Source: an uncultured Bacilli bacterium
GTDB lineage: Bacteria > Bacillota_I > Bacilli_A > RFN20 > CAG-288
Reading direction: 5' to 3'
DNA: 64,000 bases
Assembly (NCBI GenBank): GCA_944332485.1
Contig: CALVKB010000002.1
Coordinates: 11,044 to 75,043, forward strand
Shown: positions 37,336 to 46,640 of the stretch, piece after piece
Layout of the letters: every line of letters starts with the position of its first letter
Numbering within the stretch: position 1 is the first letter of the stretch
Program-made: the position numbers and the translations under genes
The notes under the pieces: generated by a model
What the model was told of the DNA's origin: nothing
The model's input: the letters and a program-made list of their open reading frames with translations, nothing else
The model's database searches: none

Positions 37336-37746
37336 TTAATCTAATTTTTTAGCACAACCAGGAGTGTAGGTTCTTGTGAAAAGACCATCACGATTACAAT
37401 AGGCGTACATCTTGTCGATCTTCTCATCTTTCGACAATGAAAAATCAGCTACAGGTTCTTTTAATCCACCGATTTGAATTACATGCAAACCGAAGTTTGT
37501 TTGAACAGCGATCCAATCGATGTAATGGAAGTTAATTGTTGGATGATTTTCAACAACTATTCTCCATTGATTCATAGTTTTGTGATAAACTTCAATCTTA
37601 TGTTTATCATCGATGTTATCCTCTTGTTCAATCTCATGCATAACATGATTGTTTGATTTTAATTTACTGTCATAGTTAGACAATTTGATAACTACATCTT
37701 TACCATCATCGGATTTGTAAAAATGTACCTTTTCATTTTCTCTCAT
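37336..37746 (-). CDS. divergent superoxide-reductase-like (desulfoferrodoxin Fe-binding domain) paralog
   Basis: Aligns to the SOR at 57050-57418 (HFYKSDDGK / KFYKDKNNG; NHPTINFHYIDWI / HPMTEAHLIDLI; YAYCNRDGLF / YEHCNLHGLW). It lacks EKHVP and has Asp in place of the last His ligand. Confidence 0.6.
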   Translation of the reverse strand: MRENEKVHFYKSDDGKDVVIKLSNYDSKLKSNNHVMHEIEQEDNIDDKHKIEVYHKTMNQWRIVVENHPTINFHYIDWIAVQTNFGLHVIQIGGLKEPVADFSLSKDEKIDKMYAYCNRDGLFTRTYTPGCAKKLD

Positions 37747-37805
37747 AAATTTATCCTCTCTTCACTTTTATTTTAATTTATAAAAATTATACAAATCAAT
37801 TATTT

Positions 37806-38942
37806 TTAGTTTTGATAATATCTAACTGGTGTTATCAATTGCAGATTGCTCTCATCGCTTGAGACAACTCTGAACATTCTAACTTCACCGGAGAACAAGA
37901 TTGTAATATCATCACTTGTATGAGCTTTACAAGCATCTTTGACAAAATCTGCGTTGAAGTAGATTGTGAACTTATCACCTTCGAATTCGCAGTTATCCAA
38001 TCTTTCAACAGAATAACCATAAGATGGACTTCTTGATGAGATTTCGACCTTACTACCATCATAGACTAATTTTGCATTCTTAATGATACTTTTATCATCA
38101 CCGGAAACTATACAAACTCTATCTAAAATATCGACAAGTTCCTTTGAGGAACATTTAAGTTTATATGGGTAAACACTAGGTAAGATTTTTTCTGCTTCTG
38201 GGAATTCACCTGGAATTGTCTTTGCACTAATTGTGACAGAACCAACAGTGAAGCTAACTTTATCAGCACCAACACGGATTCTAACAACTGGAAGATGTTC
38301 CAATTTGTTTATAACTGATAAAACTTTCAATGAGCAGTTGAAAGAGACCATGACATTGCTTTGTAAAGGTAATGTTTTTCTAGCTAATCTGCAGGTGTCA
38401 GAAGCTGTGAAGGAAATCTTATGATCAAAACATTTGATGTTGATTCCTAAAAACATATCTCTGTTACTTTTTTGTGCAACAGCAAAGTAAGTTGCATCAT
38501 ACAATGTCTTGAAGTCTTCTGGAGAAAGTTCAATCTCTTCACCAACATGTGTACCAAGTTCAATATCAGGATATTCATTGCCAGGTTTGGTGTTGATATT
38601 GTAAGTTGTTCTATCATCGGATATTGTCAATAAAGAGGAATCCACTTGCTCAAGAGTTATCACTTCACCTGCAACTTTGGCAATAATCTCACGTGATAAT
38701 TTAGCAGGAAGTTGAATGGAACCTTCTTGAGAATCTAAAATAACTTCATTACCATCGGTATCTTTGTTGAATTGATTAACTTTGATTGTTATTTTTCCAT
38801 CAGAAGCAAGGATGTTGCATCCTTCATCTGTAATTGTTAATAAAAAGTTTAAAAAACAAGCTTCAGTAGATTTACTAGGGATTGCATCCATAGCGATGTT
38901 TAACATTTTTAATAATGATTGTTTTTTAATTACTAATTTCAT
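37806..38942 (-). CDS. dnaN: DNA polymerase III beta subunit (sliding clamp)
   Basis: 378 aa. N-terminus MKLVIKKQSLLKMLNIAMDAIPSKSTEACFLNFLLTITDEGCNILASDGKITIKV with a three-domain beta-clamp layout; divergent from dnaA. Confidence 0.8.
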   Translation of the reverse strand: MKLVIKKQSLLKMLNIAMDAIPSKSTEACFLNFLLTITDEGCNILASDGKITIKVNQFNKDTDGNEVILDSQEGSIQLPAKLSREIIAKVAGEVITLEQVDSSLLTISDDRTTYNINTKPGNEYPDIELGTHVGEEIELSPEDFKTLYDATYFAVAQKSNRDMFLGINIKCFDHKISFTASDTCRLARKTLPLQSNVMVSFNCSLKVLSVINKLEHLPVVRIRVGADKVSFTVGSVTISAKTIPGEFPEAEKILPSVYPYKLKCSSKELVDILDRVCIVSGDDKSIIKNAKLVYDGSKVEISSRSPSYGYSVERLDNCEFEGDKFTIYFNADFVKDACKAHTSDDITILFSGEVRMFRVVSSDESNLQLITPVRYYQN

Positions 38943-39099
38943 TTTATATACCTCATATAACTTAAATTATTATATCAATAATAAGTGCAATTCTTGTGGG
39001 AATGAATTTAAAAGTGAACTGATTTTTCAGAAACTGAAAGTTTAATTTAAATTATTTTTAATCTTTAAATTTTATATTCATTATTATGTTTTAATTTTC

Positions 39100-39700
39100 T
39101 GTTAATAACTCAAAAAAATGAATATATAAAGAAAAAAGGTTGTTTTGGTTGTTAGTAAATTGTTGATAATCGATATAAATTTGTTAGTAAGTCTGTTAGT
39201 AAGTTGAGTTACTAACAACTTGAAAAGGGTGAAAATTAGCTTAAAAAAGAAACTTGAAAAATTTATAAGAAAAAAATGATGAAAAAATTGTAAAAAGCAC
39301 TCCGTGAAATAATCAACTTTTATTTCACGATGAAAATAATTAAAAAACGAAGAAACAACTTAAAAATACTAACACGTTGCAAGTTAGTAACATGATTTAC
39401 TAACAACAATAAATATATAAAAATTCAAAATATTAAAAAAAAGTATCATTTTTGGATTTTTTATCAACAATTTATTCACATGAAATAAATTCGAAGTTAC
39501 AAACAAATTACCAACATGTTAGTAACTTTTAAAAAATTCGATAACACCTTTAAAATTCTTTAAAATAAATGCTTTTTTCAAATTTCAATTGTTAGTAACT
39601 TGTTGATAACTTGTTAGTAAGTGAAAAAACGATTGATAAATGATTTTTAATAGGTGAAAAAAGCACTATTTATATCGAAAAAACACGTTAGTTTTAATGT
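39100..39700. promoter_or_regulatory. oriC: DnaA-box cluster and AT-rich unwinding region between divergent dnaN and dnaA
   Basis: Perfect TGTTAGTAA at 39150, 39182, 39194, 39517, 39590 and 39612 (forward) and at 39209 and 39397 (reverse). Near copies at 39367 and 39382. TTATCAACA-type boxes at 39161 (rc), 39461 and 39601 (rc), and TTATTCACA at 39472. AT-rich stretches at 39225-39360 and 39410-39460. Confidence 0.75.
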
Positions 39701-39729
39701 TATAATTTAGAAGAAATAAGAGGTTATAT

Positions 39730-41121
39730 ATGGAAGAAGAAATCAACTCATTGGATCTTATTTGGGAAAATGTAACAAATCACTTGCAGGAAATTTTCGG
39801 ACGTCCATCATACGAAGCATATATTGAAAATATATGCCATCTTATGAAAATTGAGAAAAACAACGCCTATGTTGTTTGTGATCAAAAAGTTTCACTTAAG
39901 ATTCTCTCTCAGGATAGTCAGCTTGATAAATTCAAAAAAGCATTTGAGGAAGCAACTGGAACAAATTACAACGTTTTATTTTATTCTCAAAAAGATTACG
40001 TCAATTTAGACAAAAAGAAAGAGAAGAAAGAAACAAGCAAACCGGATCTTTTTGATCAGTACATCATCAGCCCAAAAGATACTTTTGATACTTTCGTGGT
40101 TGGTCAATCGAATAAACAAGCTTATTTAGCTTGTAATTTGCTTTGCGAAGATAAAGTTACATTTAACCAATTATTCATATATGCCGATTCTGGATTAGGA
40201 AAAACACACTTACTTTCCGCAATTTACAATAAATATAGGGAAGTTCATCCTGATAAGAAGATTAAATACGTTTGTATTAATGATTTTATAGAATTGTACA
40301 TACGATACGTCAGAGAGGAACAGAATAAAACAGGTGATGCAAAAGTAAGTGATATAAAAGATTATTTTGTTGATTTGGATTGTGTTTTATTCGATGATAT
40401 TCAATTTTTAACTGCTAAAAGAAAAACCCAAGAAGTTTTCTTCGATATATTTAACAAATTGCAGATGAGAAATGTCATAGTTGTTATGACATCAGATTGC
40501 TCACCGGATCATATTCAAGATTTAGATAAAAGATTAGTATCAAGATTTTCCTCTGGTTTATCCTGTTTTATCAAGATTCCAGAAAGATCTACAATGATCG
40601 ATATTCTCAAAAAGAAGATTGAACTTAACGGATTAGATATAAACATGTTTCCAGATGAAGTTTTGGATTACATCGCTTCTAAAAATTCCAACAACGTCAG
40701 ATTGTTGGAAGGTGCTTTGAATAGACTATTATTCTTATTAGCTTTACATAAGGATGTAGATAAAGTTGATATGAAATTTGTCCGTATGGCTTTTGAAGAT
40801 AACCGAAGTTACTCCAAAGAGCTTGATCAAGATCATGTTTTGGATGTTGAGGATATCATCTCCGAAGTTGCAAATCAGTTCAATTTGACAATAGGGCAAC
40901 TTAAATCGAAAGTTAGAACCTCACAGATTTCTTACGCACGACAAATCGCTATGTATTTATGCCGAGATCTTTTAAATGAAAGTTTGAACGATATAGGAAG
41001 AGTTTTTGGAAAAGACCATTCCACCGTTTTGGATGCTTGTAAAAAGATAACAAAAAGGATGGAAGAAGATGTCAATTTGAAAAAGACAATCAAGAAGTTG
41101 AAGGATAAATTGAAAAAATAA
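39730..41121 (+). CDS. dnaA: chromosomal replication initiator protein DnaA
   Basis: AAA+ Walker A YADSGLGKTHLL, Walker B VLFDDIQF, sensor and box VII regions, and a C-terminal DNA-binding domain (IAMYLCRDLLNESLNDIGRVFGKDHSTV). Confidence 0.95.
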   Translation: MEEEINSLDLIWENVTNHLQEIFGRPSYEAYIENICHLMKIEKNNAYVVCDQKVSLKILSQDSQLDKFKKAFEEATGTNYNVLFYSQKDYVNLDKKKEKKETSKPDLFDQYIISPKDTFDTFVVGQSNKQAYLACNLLCEDKVTFNQLFIYADSGLGKTHLLSAIYNKYREVHPDKKIKYVCINDFIELYIRYVREEQNKTGDAKVSDIKDYFVDLDCVLFDDIQFLTAKRKTQEVFFDIFNKLQMRNVIVVMTSDCSPDHIQDLDKRLVSRFSSGLSCFIKIPERSTMIDILKKKIELNGLDINMFPDEVLDYIASKNSNNVRLLEGALNRLLFLLALHKDVDKVDMKFVRMAFEDNRSYSKELDQDHVLDVEDIISEVANQFNLTIGQLKSKVRTSQISYARQIAMYLCRDLLNESLNDIGRVFGKDHSTVLDACKKITKRMEEDVNLKKTIKKLKDKLKK

Positions 41122-41609
41122 TGTTTGAAGTTATAAAAGATATTTATATAGGAAATGAGGATGACTTTTATAACTGTGCGAAATACGATGATAGTTTCAA
41201 TGTAATTCATGCTAAAAGTGAACCATATTTTGTCCAAGGTTTAAGTTATCTTTCTCAAAATCCAACATTATTGAAAAAACTTTACGGACACAGATATTTG
41301 TACTGCAGAGGGGAACTATGTTTAGATTTCCCTTCACCCTTTTATTATGATGATAAAACTCATCTGATGTTTGATGAAGCTTGTGAATATATAAAAAGAA
41401 CTTTAAGCCAAAACAAAAAGATTTTGATACATTGTGCAAATGGGTTTCAAAGAAGCCCAGCGGTACTTTTTTATTACTTTTTAAAAACAGGTTATATTAA
41501 AAATGATGACTTCTCAACAGCTTTGAATAAATTTTATGTTCTCTATCCTAGCTTCACTCCAACAAGAACAATGTTAGAATTTTTTCAAAATGAATTTTTT
41601 AAAAAATGA
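41121..41609 (+). CDS. dual-specificity / protein-tyrosine phosphatase (CX5R)
   Basis: Catalytic loop HCANGFQRS (C-x5-R). Its start overlaps the dnaA stop (TAATG). Confidence 0.7.
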   Translation: MFEVIKDIYIGNEDDFYNCAKYDDSFNVIHAKSEPYFVQGLSYLSQNPTLLKKLYGHRYLYCRGELCLDFPSPFYYDDKTHLMFDEACEYIKRTLSQNKKILIHCANGFQRSPAVLFYYFLKTGYIKNDDFSTALNKFYVLYPSFTPTRTMLEFFQNEFFKK

Positions 41610-41760
41610 AAATTTAATAAAATAATTAAGTTGATTGAAAAAAGTATGAATAGAATTAAAATTATGAATATTGTCAAACGATTGACCTTCATTTACAAAA
41701 AAGACTCTTAGCTATATAAATTTTTAGCTTTGAAAAATTTAATGAAAGGAAAATTAGAAT

Positions 41761-42852
41761 ATGGATTATATGATTGAAAGCTTAAAAGCTATGAAACAAA
41801 GAATGTCAGATATCGATGAACAATTGATGACAAATAAAGATCATCACGGAAACGAATTGGATCCTGAAGATTATAAAAAATTGACTATTGAAAGAAGTTC
41901 TTTAGAGGAGCCTATGGAACTTTACAAGCAATATGAACAACTTGAACAAGATTTGGAAAGTGCAAAGGAACTTTCAAAAGAACAAGATAAAGAACTTAAA
42001 GAATTCGCATTAAGTGAGATTAATAGAATTGAAAAGGAATTACCTGAACTTTACTCAAAATTGCAGATAGCTTTATTACCAAAAGATGCTAACGATGATA
42101 AAAATGTCATTATGGAAATCAAAGGAGCTGTCGGTGGTGAGGAAGCCTGTATATTCGCTGGAGATCTTTTCAGAATGTATTCAAAATATGCTGATAAAAA
42201 AGGTTGGAAAATTCAGATGATTGATGAACAACCGACAAGTCTAGGTGGTTTTTCAAATGTCTCATTTATGATAAAAGGGAAAGGCGTGTATTCACGTTTA
42301 AAATTTGAATCCGGCTCTCACAGGGTTCAAAGAGTTCCGGCTACTGAAGCAAGTGGAAGAATTCACACTTCAACATCCACAGTTTTAGTTATGCCAGAGA
42401 CAAAGGAAATCGATATTGTTATAAATCCTGCTGATTTGGAAATTGACACCTATAGAAGCTCTGGTGCTGGTGGTCAAAATGTCAATAAAACAGAATCTGC
42501 TGTACGTATAACACATAAGCCAACAGGTATTGTGGCAGCTTGCCAAGTTGAAAGATCACAAATGCAAAACAAAGAGATCGCTATGAATTTATTGAAAGCT
42601 CGTTTACAAGCAAAATATGATGAAGAGAGAAATCAACAAATAACATCTGAACGTCGTCTGAAAGTCGGTACTGGTGAAAGAAGTGAGAAAATTAGAACAT
42701 ATAACTATCCTCAAAATCGTGTTACCGACCATAGAATAGGATTCTCAGTTTTAAAATTGGATAGAGTGATGGATGGTGATTTGGACGATATTTTAGATGC
42801 TTTGAAAGATGCAAACCAAGCTGACTTGATCAAAGCTTCTATGGAGAAATGA
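41761..42852 (+). CDS. prfA: peptide chain release factor 1
   Basis: GGQ motif ([19 protein letters not shown]) and the RF1-type PAT tripeptide ([10 protein letters not shown]). Confidence 0.95.
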   Translation: MDYMIESLKAMKQRMSDIDEQLMTNKDHHGNELDPEDYKKLTIERSSLEEPMELYKQYEQLEQDLESAKELSKEQDKELKEFALSEINRIEKELPELYSKLQIALLPKDANDDKNVIMEIKGAVGGEEACIFAGDLFRMYSKYADKKGWKIQMIDEQPTSLGGFSNVSFMIKGKGVYSRLKFESGSHRVQRVPATEASGRIHTSTSTVLVMPETKEIDIVINPADLEIDTYRSSGAGGQNVNKTESAVRITHKPTGIVAACQVERSQMQNKEIAMNLLKARLQAKYDEERNQQITSERRLKVGTGERSEKIRTYNYPQNRVTDHRIGFSVLKLDRVMDGDLDDILDALKDANQADLIKASMEK

Positions 42853-42853
42853 A

Positions 42854-43666
42854 TTGATGACTTTGAAAAACTTCATCAATAAAATGAAAGAATATAATGT
42901 TGAAGTTTGTGATCAATATTTTCTTATTGAGAAAATCTTCAACATTAAAAAAGAAGACATATTTTTAAAAAGTGATATTGAATTAGATGAAGTTTTAGTT
43001 GATAAGATAATTTCAGATATTGCAAAAGAAAAACCAATTCCATATATAACAAAAGAAGTTGTTTTCTACAATAACACTATATTTTTAGATGAAAATTGTC
43101 TCATACCAAGAGTGGAAACTGAAGAGTTAGTTGATATTGTTGTAAAAGATAATTTATGTAATAAAGAAAAGAGTCTAAAAATTTTAGATCTGTGTTCAGG
43201 GTCTGGTTGTATCGGCATAAGTTTGGCAAAACTTTTTAAAAACTTTTCAGTGACTTTAGTTGATATACAACAAGAGTGCTTAGACATCTCAAAAAGATCA
43301 GCAAAGTTCAACAAAGTGAATAATGTAGAATTTTTAAAATCTGATTTTTTGTTAGATATTTATCAGTCTTTCGATATTATTGTTTGTAATCCTCCTTATA
43401 TTAAGGAAGATACAAAAATTATCACAAAATATGAAAACCCATTATGTCTTTTCTCTGGAAAAGATGGATTAGATAGTTTTAAAAAAATATTTTCTGAATT
43501 AGATAGATGCACAAATAAAAAAGCGAAGGTATATTTTGAATGTGAAGCTAGCAACATGGATAATTTAATAGTTTTATATAAAAACACTATTCAAGATATT
43601 TTCGCTTACAAAATTTTAAAGGACATGTCTGGAAAACAACGTTTCCTATTTTTAGAAAAAATATAA
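42854..43666 (+). CDS. prmC: release factor glutamine N5-methyltransferase (HemK/PrmC)
   Basis: SAM-binding LDLCSGSGCIG and NPPY motif (CNPPYI); located downstream of prfA. Confidence 0.9.
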   Translation: MMTLKNFINKMKEYNVEVCDQYFLIEKIFNIKKEDIFLKSDIELDEVLVDKIISDIAKEKPIPYITKEVVFYNNTIFLDENCLIPRVETEELVDIVVKDNLCNKEKSLKILDLCSGSGCIGISLAKLFKNFSVTLVDIQQECLDISKRSAKFNKVNNVEFLKSDFLLDIYQSFDIIVCNPPYIKEDTKIITKYENPLCLFSGKDGLDSFKKIFSELDRCTNKKAKVYFECEASNMDNLIVLYKNTIQDIFAYKILKDMSGKQRFLFLEKI

Positions 43667-43667
43667 A

Positions 43668-44522
43668 TTAATCGCAATTTTGTACAAGTTCGTACATCAT
43701 ATTTTTCTTATCAGGATACATTTTAAGCAAGATATTCACGATAGATTTATTTGATAATTTCTCTTTTTTCATTTGAGATATTATCTCTTTTAATTTTAAT
43801 AGATCCATTTCATCAAACTCGTTTTTATTACCTTCAATAACAACCACACACTCACCTTTGATAAAACTAAGATCGTTATCTTTTAATTCTTTGTTAGTAC
43901 CTCTTATATATTCTTCATGAATTTTTGTTAATTCACGACAAACACAGATATTTCTTTCACCAAGTGCATCAAAAGAAGCAGTGATAAATTCTTTTATATT
44001 TAATGCTGTAGCGAAGAATATCAAAGTTTCTTTATTTTTTCTATATTGAGAAATTTGGGATACCATCTGAGAATATTTTTTAGAAATAAAACCTATGAAA
44101 GTGAATCTAGATGTATCAAATCCTGACATTATCAAAGCAGAGATGGAACTTGTTGGGCCAGGTATAAAGGACACCGGAATATTTCTTTGAATGGCTTGCT
44201 GAATTAAAATGGAACCAGGATCTGATATACCGGGAGTTCCAGCATCAGAAACATAGCACAAAACAAGATCTGATGAATCGACTTCATCGAGGAGTTTTTT
44301 TGATTTTTCAATCTCGTTTTGGGAATATAAAGAGATTAAACGAGGATGTTTAATTTCATATTTATTTAAAAGCACTTCACTGACTCTTGTATCTTCACAA
44401 CAGATAATATCGGCTTGCTTTAAAGTTTCAATCGCTCTTAAAGATATATCGGAAAGATTACCGATTGGAGTACTTACAAGTATGACCTTCTTTTTATATT
44501 CAAATGGTTTATTTCTTGTCAT
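43668..44522 (-). CDS. rsmI: 16S rRNA (cytidine1402-2'-O)-methyltransferase
   Basis: Tetrapyrrole-methylase fold N-terminus LVSTPIGNLSDISLRAIETLKQADIICCEDTR. Confidence 0.85.
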   Translation of the reverse strand: MTRNKPFEYKKKVILVSTPIGNLSDISLRAIETLKQADIICCEDTRVSEVLLNKYEIKHPRLISLYSQNEIEKSKKLLDEVDSSDLVLCYVSDAGTPGISDPGSILIQQAIQRNIPVSFIPGPTSSISALIMSGFDTSRFTFIGFISKKYSQMVSQISQYRKNKETLIFFATALNIKEFITASFDALGERNICVCRELTKIHEEYIRGTNKELKDNDLSFIKGECVVVIEGNKNEFDEMDLLKLKEIISQMKKEKLSNKSIVNILLKMYPDKKNMMYELVQNCD

Positions 44523-45681
44523 TTTTGTTATTCTCGTAGATATTTCCTAAATAACCTTGTTTATCATTGTCTTTCTTTTTGAAACGATCGAAGAAACTTG
44601 GGCGAGTATCATTTTTTGTTTGTTTATTATTGGTATGATTATTTCTGTTGTAATCATGCTTTTTGTAGTCATTGTTTTTATTGTTGTTTTTCTGTTTGAA
44701 GTTATTGTGTTGCACATTTTGTTTGGCTGGTTCTTCTGTTTGAGTGGTTTCTTTGATATAGATAGACTCAAAGCGATTGTTATTGTTGATAACAGGTTTT
44801 TCAGACGAAGATTTATTGAATAATCTTTGAGATAATTCAACTTTAGTCATATCATCACTGTGGCTGTATTTAAGTGTGTTATATTCTTCTAAATTTAATG
44901 TTTTGTAATCAGTATTATCAACTTGAACAACAATCTTATTTGAAAGATAGTTTATTGAAGTAACTTTGTAATTTTGATTGTTTCTATTAATTTCCTCGTT
45001 GAAAATTGGATAACCTTTTTTAAGTTCGTTGTACAATTCATCTTCATATTTCAAACAACAGATGAATTTTCCACATTGTCCTGTTATCTTTGAATTATTC
45101 AAAGAGAGATTTTGGTTACGTGCTAAGTTTATTGTAATACCATCAAAAACCTTTAAAAAGTTTGAACAGCAAATAGGTAATCCACATATTCCAAGGCCAC
45201 CTTTCAGTTTGGCTTTATCTCTAGCTCCGATTTGTCTTAATTCAATTTTGAAGTTGTAAATAGTTTTTAAAACTTTCAAAAGCTCTCTAAAATCAACCTT
45301 ATCGTCAGCGGTGTAAACAATCAGAAGTTTTGAATAATCAATTGTGTAATGGCAGGAAACCAAACGCATATTCAAATTTAATTTATCAGATTCAGCTTGA
45401 ATTCTTACTTTATCTTTCAATGCTAATTGAATTTGCTTTTGATAATTTTTCAAGTCATCATTGTTGGCTTGACGGATGATAGTTGGATATATTGAAGGTT
45501 CATCACTGACAATTTGAGCTGGTTTGAACTTCTGCTTGTAATTGATAGTTCCTAAAACCAAACCGTAATCAGCTTCAATAATAACTTGAGAGCCGACTTC
45601 AAGTTCATCATTGTTGGTTTGGAAGTATCTTATGCCATCAAAATCAGAAACTACACCGATTAAGTAAATATTTAAGTTCAT
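44509..45681 (-). CDS. ricT: PSP1-domain protein (RicT/YaaT-like)
   Basis: PSP1 C-terminal Cys-rich region GLGICGLPICCSNFLKVF...CGKFICCLKYE; conserved position between holB and rsmI. Confidence 0.75.
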   Translation of the reverse strand: MNLNIYLIGVVSDFDGIRYFQTNNDELEVGSQVIIEADYGLVLGTINYKQKFKPAQIVSDEPSIYPTIIRQANNDDLKNYQKQIQLALKDKVRIQAESDKLNLNMRLVSCHYTIDYSKLLIVYTADDKVDFRELLKVLKTIYNFKIELRQIGARDKAKLKGGLGICGLPICCSNFLKVFDGITINLARNQNLSLNNSKITGQCGKFICCLKYEDELYNELKKGYPIFNEEINRNNQNYKVTSINYLSNKIVVQVDNTDYKTLNLEEYNTLKYSHSDDMTKVELSQRLFNKSSSEKPVINNNNRFESIYIKETTQTEEPAKQNVQHNNFKQKNNNKNNDYKKHDYNRNNHTNNKQTKNDTRPSFFDRFKKKDNDKQGYLGNIYENNKNDKK

Positions 45682-45692
45682 CTGTCACCTCC

Positions 45693-46640
45693 TTATTTCA
45701 ATAATATATAGTTTATTTGACCGATAATACCGATCATATTAAGATTTGCTTGTTGTTTATAAATAGCTTGATTCAACAAATTGATTATAGAGATTATTTT
45801 ATCTTTTTTCTCAAATAAAAGTTCCTTATTAAGATTGAAAGGATTGGAATTTTGTTTGTTTATTGAATCGATAAGAATTATAGAAAGTACTTTGTAAAAA
45901 AGAAGTGCTTTAGATTGTTGTTTGAAGTTTGCGATAGCCTCATTTAAAAGAACAAACGTCGCTTGTTTTTCATTTGTTTGTAAAGAAGACATAAAATGTA
46001 AGCAAACTCCAACCATGGTTAAAAACTCTGTTGAATTTGCCAATTGAAGAATCTGCTGTTTATTTCCAGTGATATTAGATATAACTGTGGAAACAGCTGT
46101 ATTTTGCGTGATTTTGTAAATATCAGAATATATATCTTCATCAACTTTGATATTCACCAAACTGCTTCGAGATACGATTGTTGGCAGGACTTTGGTGATA
46201 TTTGTTGTTGTCAGTATTGCGACAACATTGACTTTTGGTTCTTCAAAAAACTTCAACAAAGCGTTGCTTGCTTCAGAAGTTATATTCTGTATTTCATTGA
46301 TGATGTAGACAACAGTTGTGTCATTTTCAATAGCACCCAAGGAGAAGTGATTTTGAAGTTCATCGACCTCCTCTTTTTTAATGGTGTGATCACTTCCATC
46401 TATAAAATGAAAATCAGGATGAATTTGTTTATCAAATTTCTCACATCTTGGACAATTGTTACAGGCGAAAGTATCCTCTTTACAGTTGATAGATTTTGCT
46501 AAATAAAAAGCGATATCCAATAAATTTGCTTTTGGATCGGAGTGCAAAAGTATCAGATGTGGAATTTTATTTTTAGTTTTAGCATTTTCAAAGAAAGTGA
46601 ATAAGATGTTTTGCTTTTTTTCAATGTACTCTTTATTCAT
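45693..46640 (-). CDS. holB: DNA polymerase III delta' subunit
   Basis: KIPHLILLHSDPKANLLDIAFYLAKSINC (degenerate P-loop), zinc module CNNCPRCEKF and an SRS-type motif TIVSRS. Confidence 0.8.
   Translation of the reverse strand: MNKEYIEKKQNILFTFFENAKTKNKIPHLILLHSDPKANLLDIAFYLAKSINCKEDTFACNNCPRCEKFDKQIHPDFHFIDGSDHTIKKEEVDELQNHFSLGAIENDTTVVYIINEIQNITSEASNALLKFFEEPKVNVVAILTTTNITKVLPTIVSRSSLVNIKVDEDIYSDIYKITQNTAVSTVISNITGNKQQILQLANSTEFLTMVGVCLHFMSSLQTNEKQATFVLLNEAIANFKQQSKALLFYKVLSIILIDSINKQNSNPFNLNKELLFEKKDKIISIINLLNQAIYKQQANLNMIGIIGQINYILLK

Noticed and set aside
38782-39045. 87-aa + strand ORF overlapping the dnaN start
   Set aside because: It overlaps the dnaN N-terminus in antisense and runs into the oriC repeats. 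Its translation is low-complexity with no RBS.
44547-44840. 97-aa and 88-aa ORFs overlapping the 3' end of ricT
   Set aside because: They are generated by the Asn/Lys-rich low-complexity tail of ricT read in other frames. They are hydrophobic or repetitive translations without RBS.
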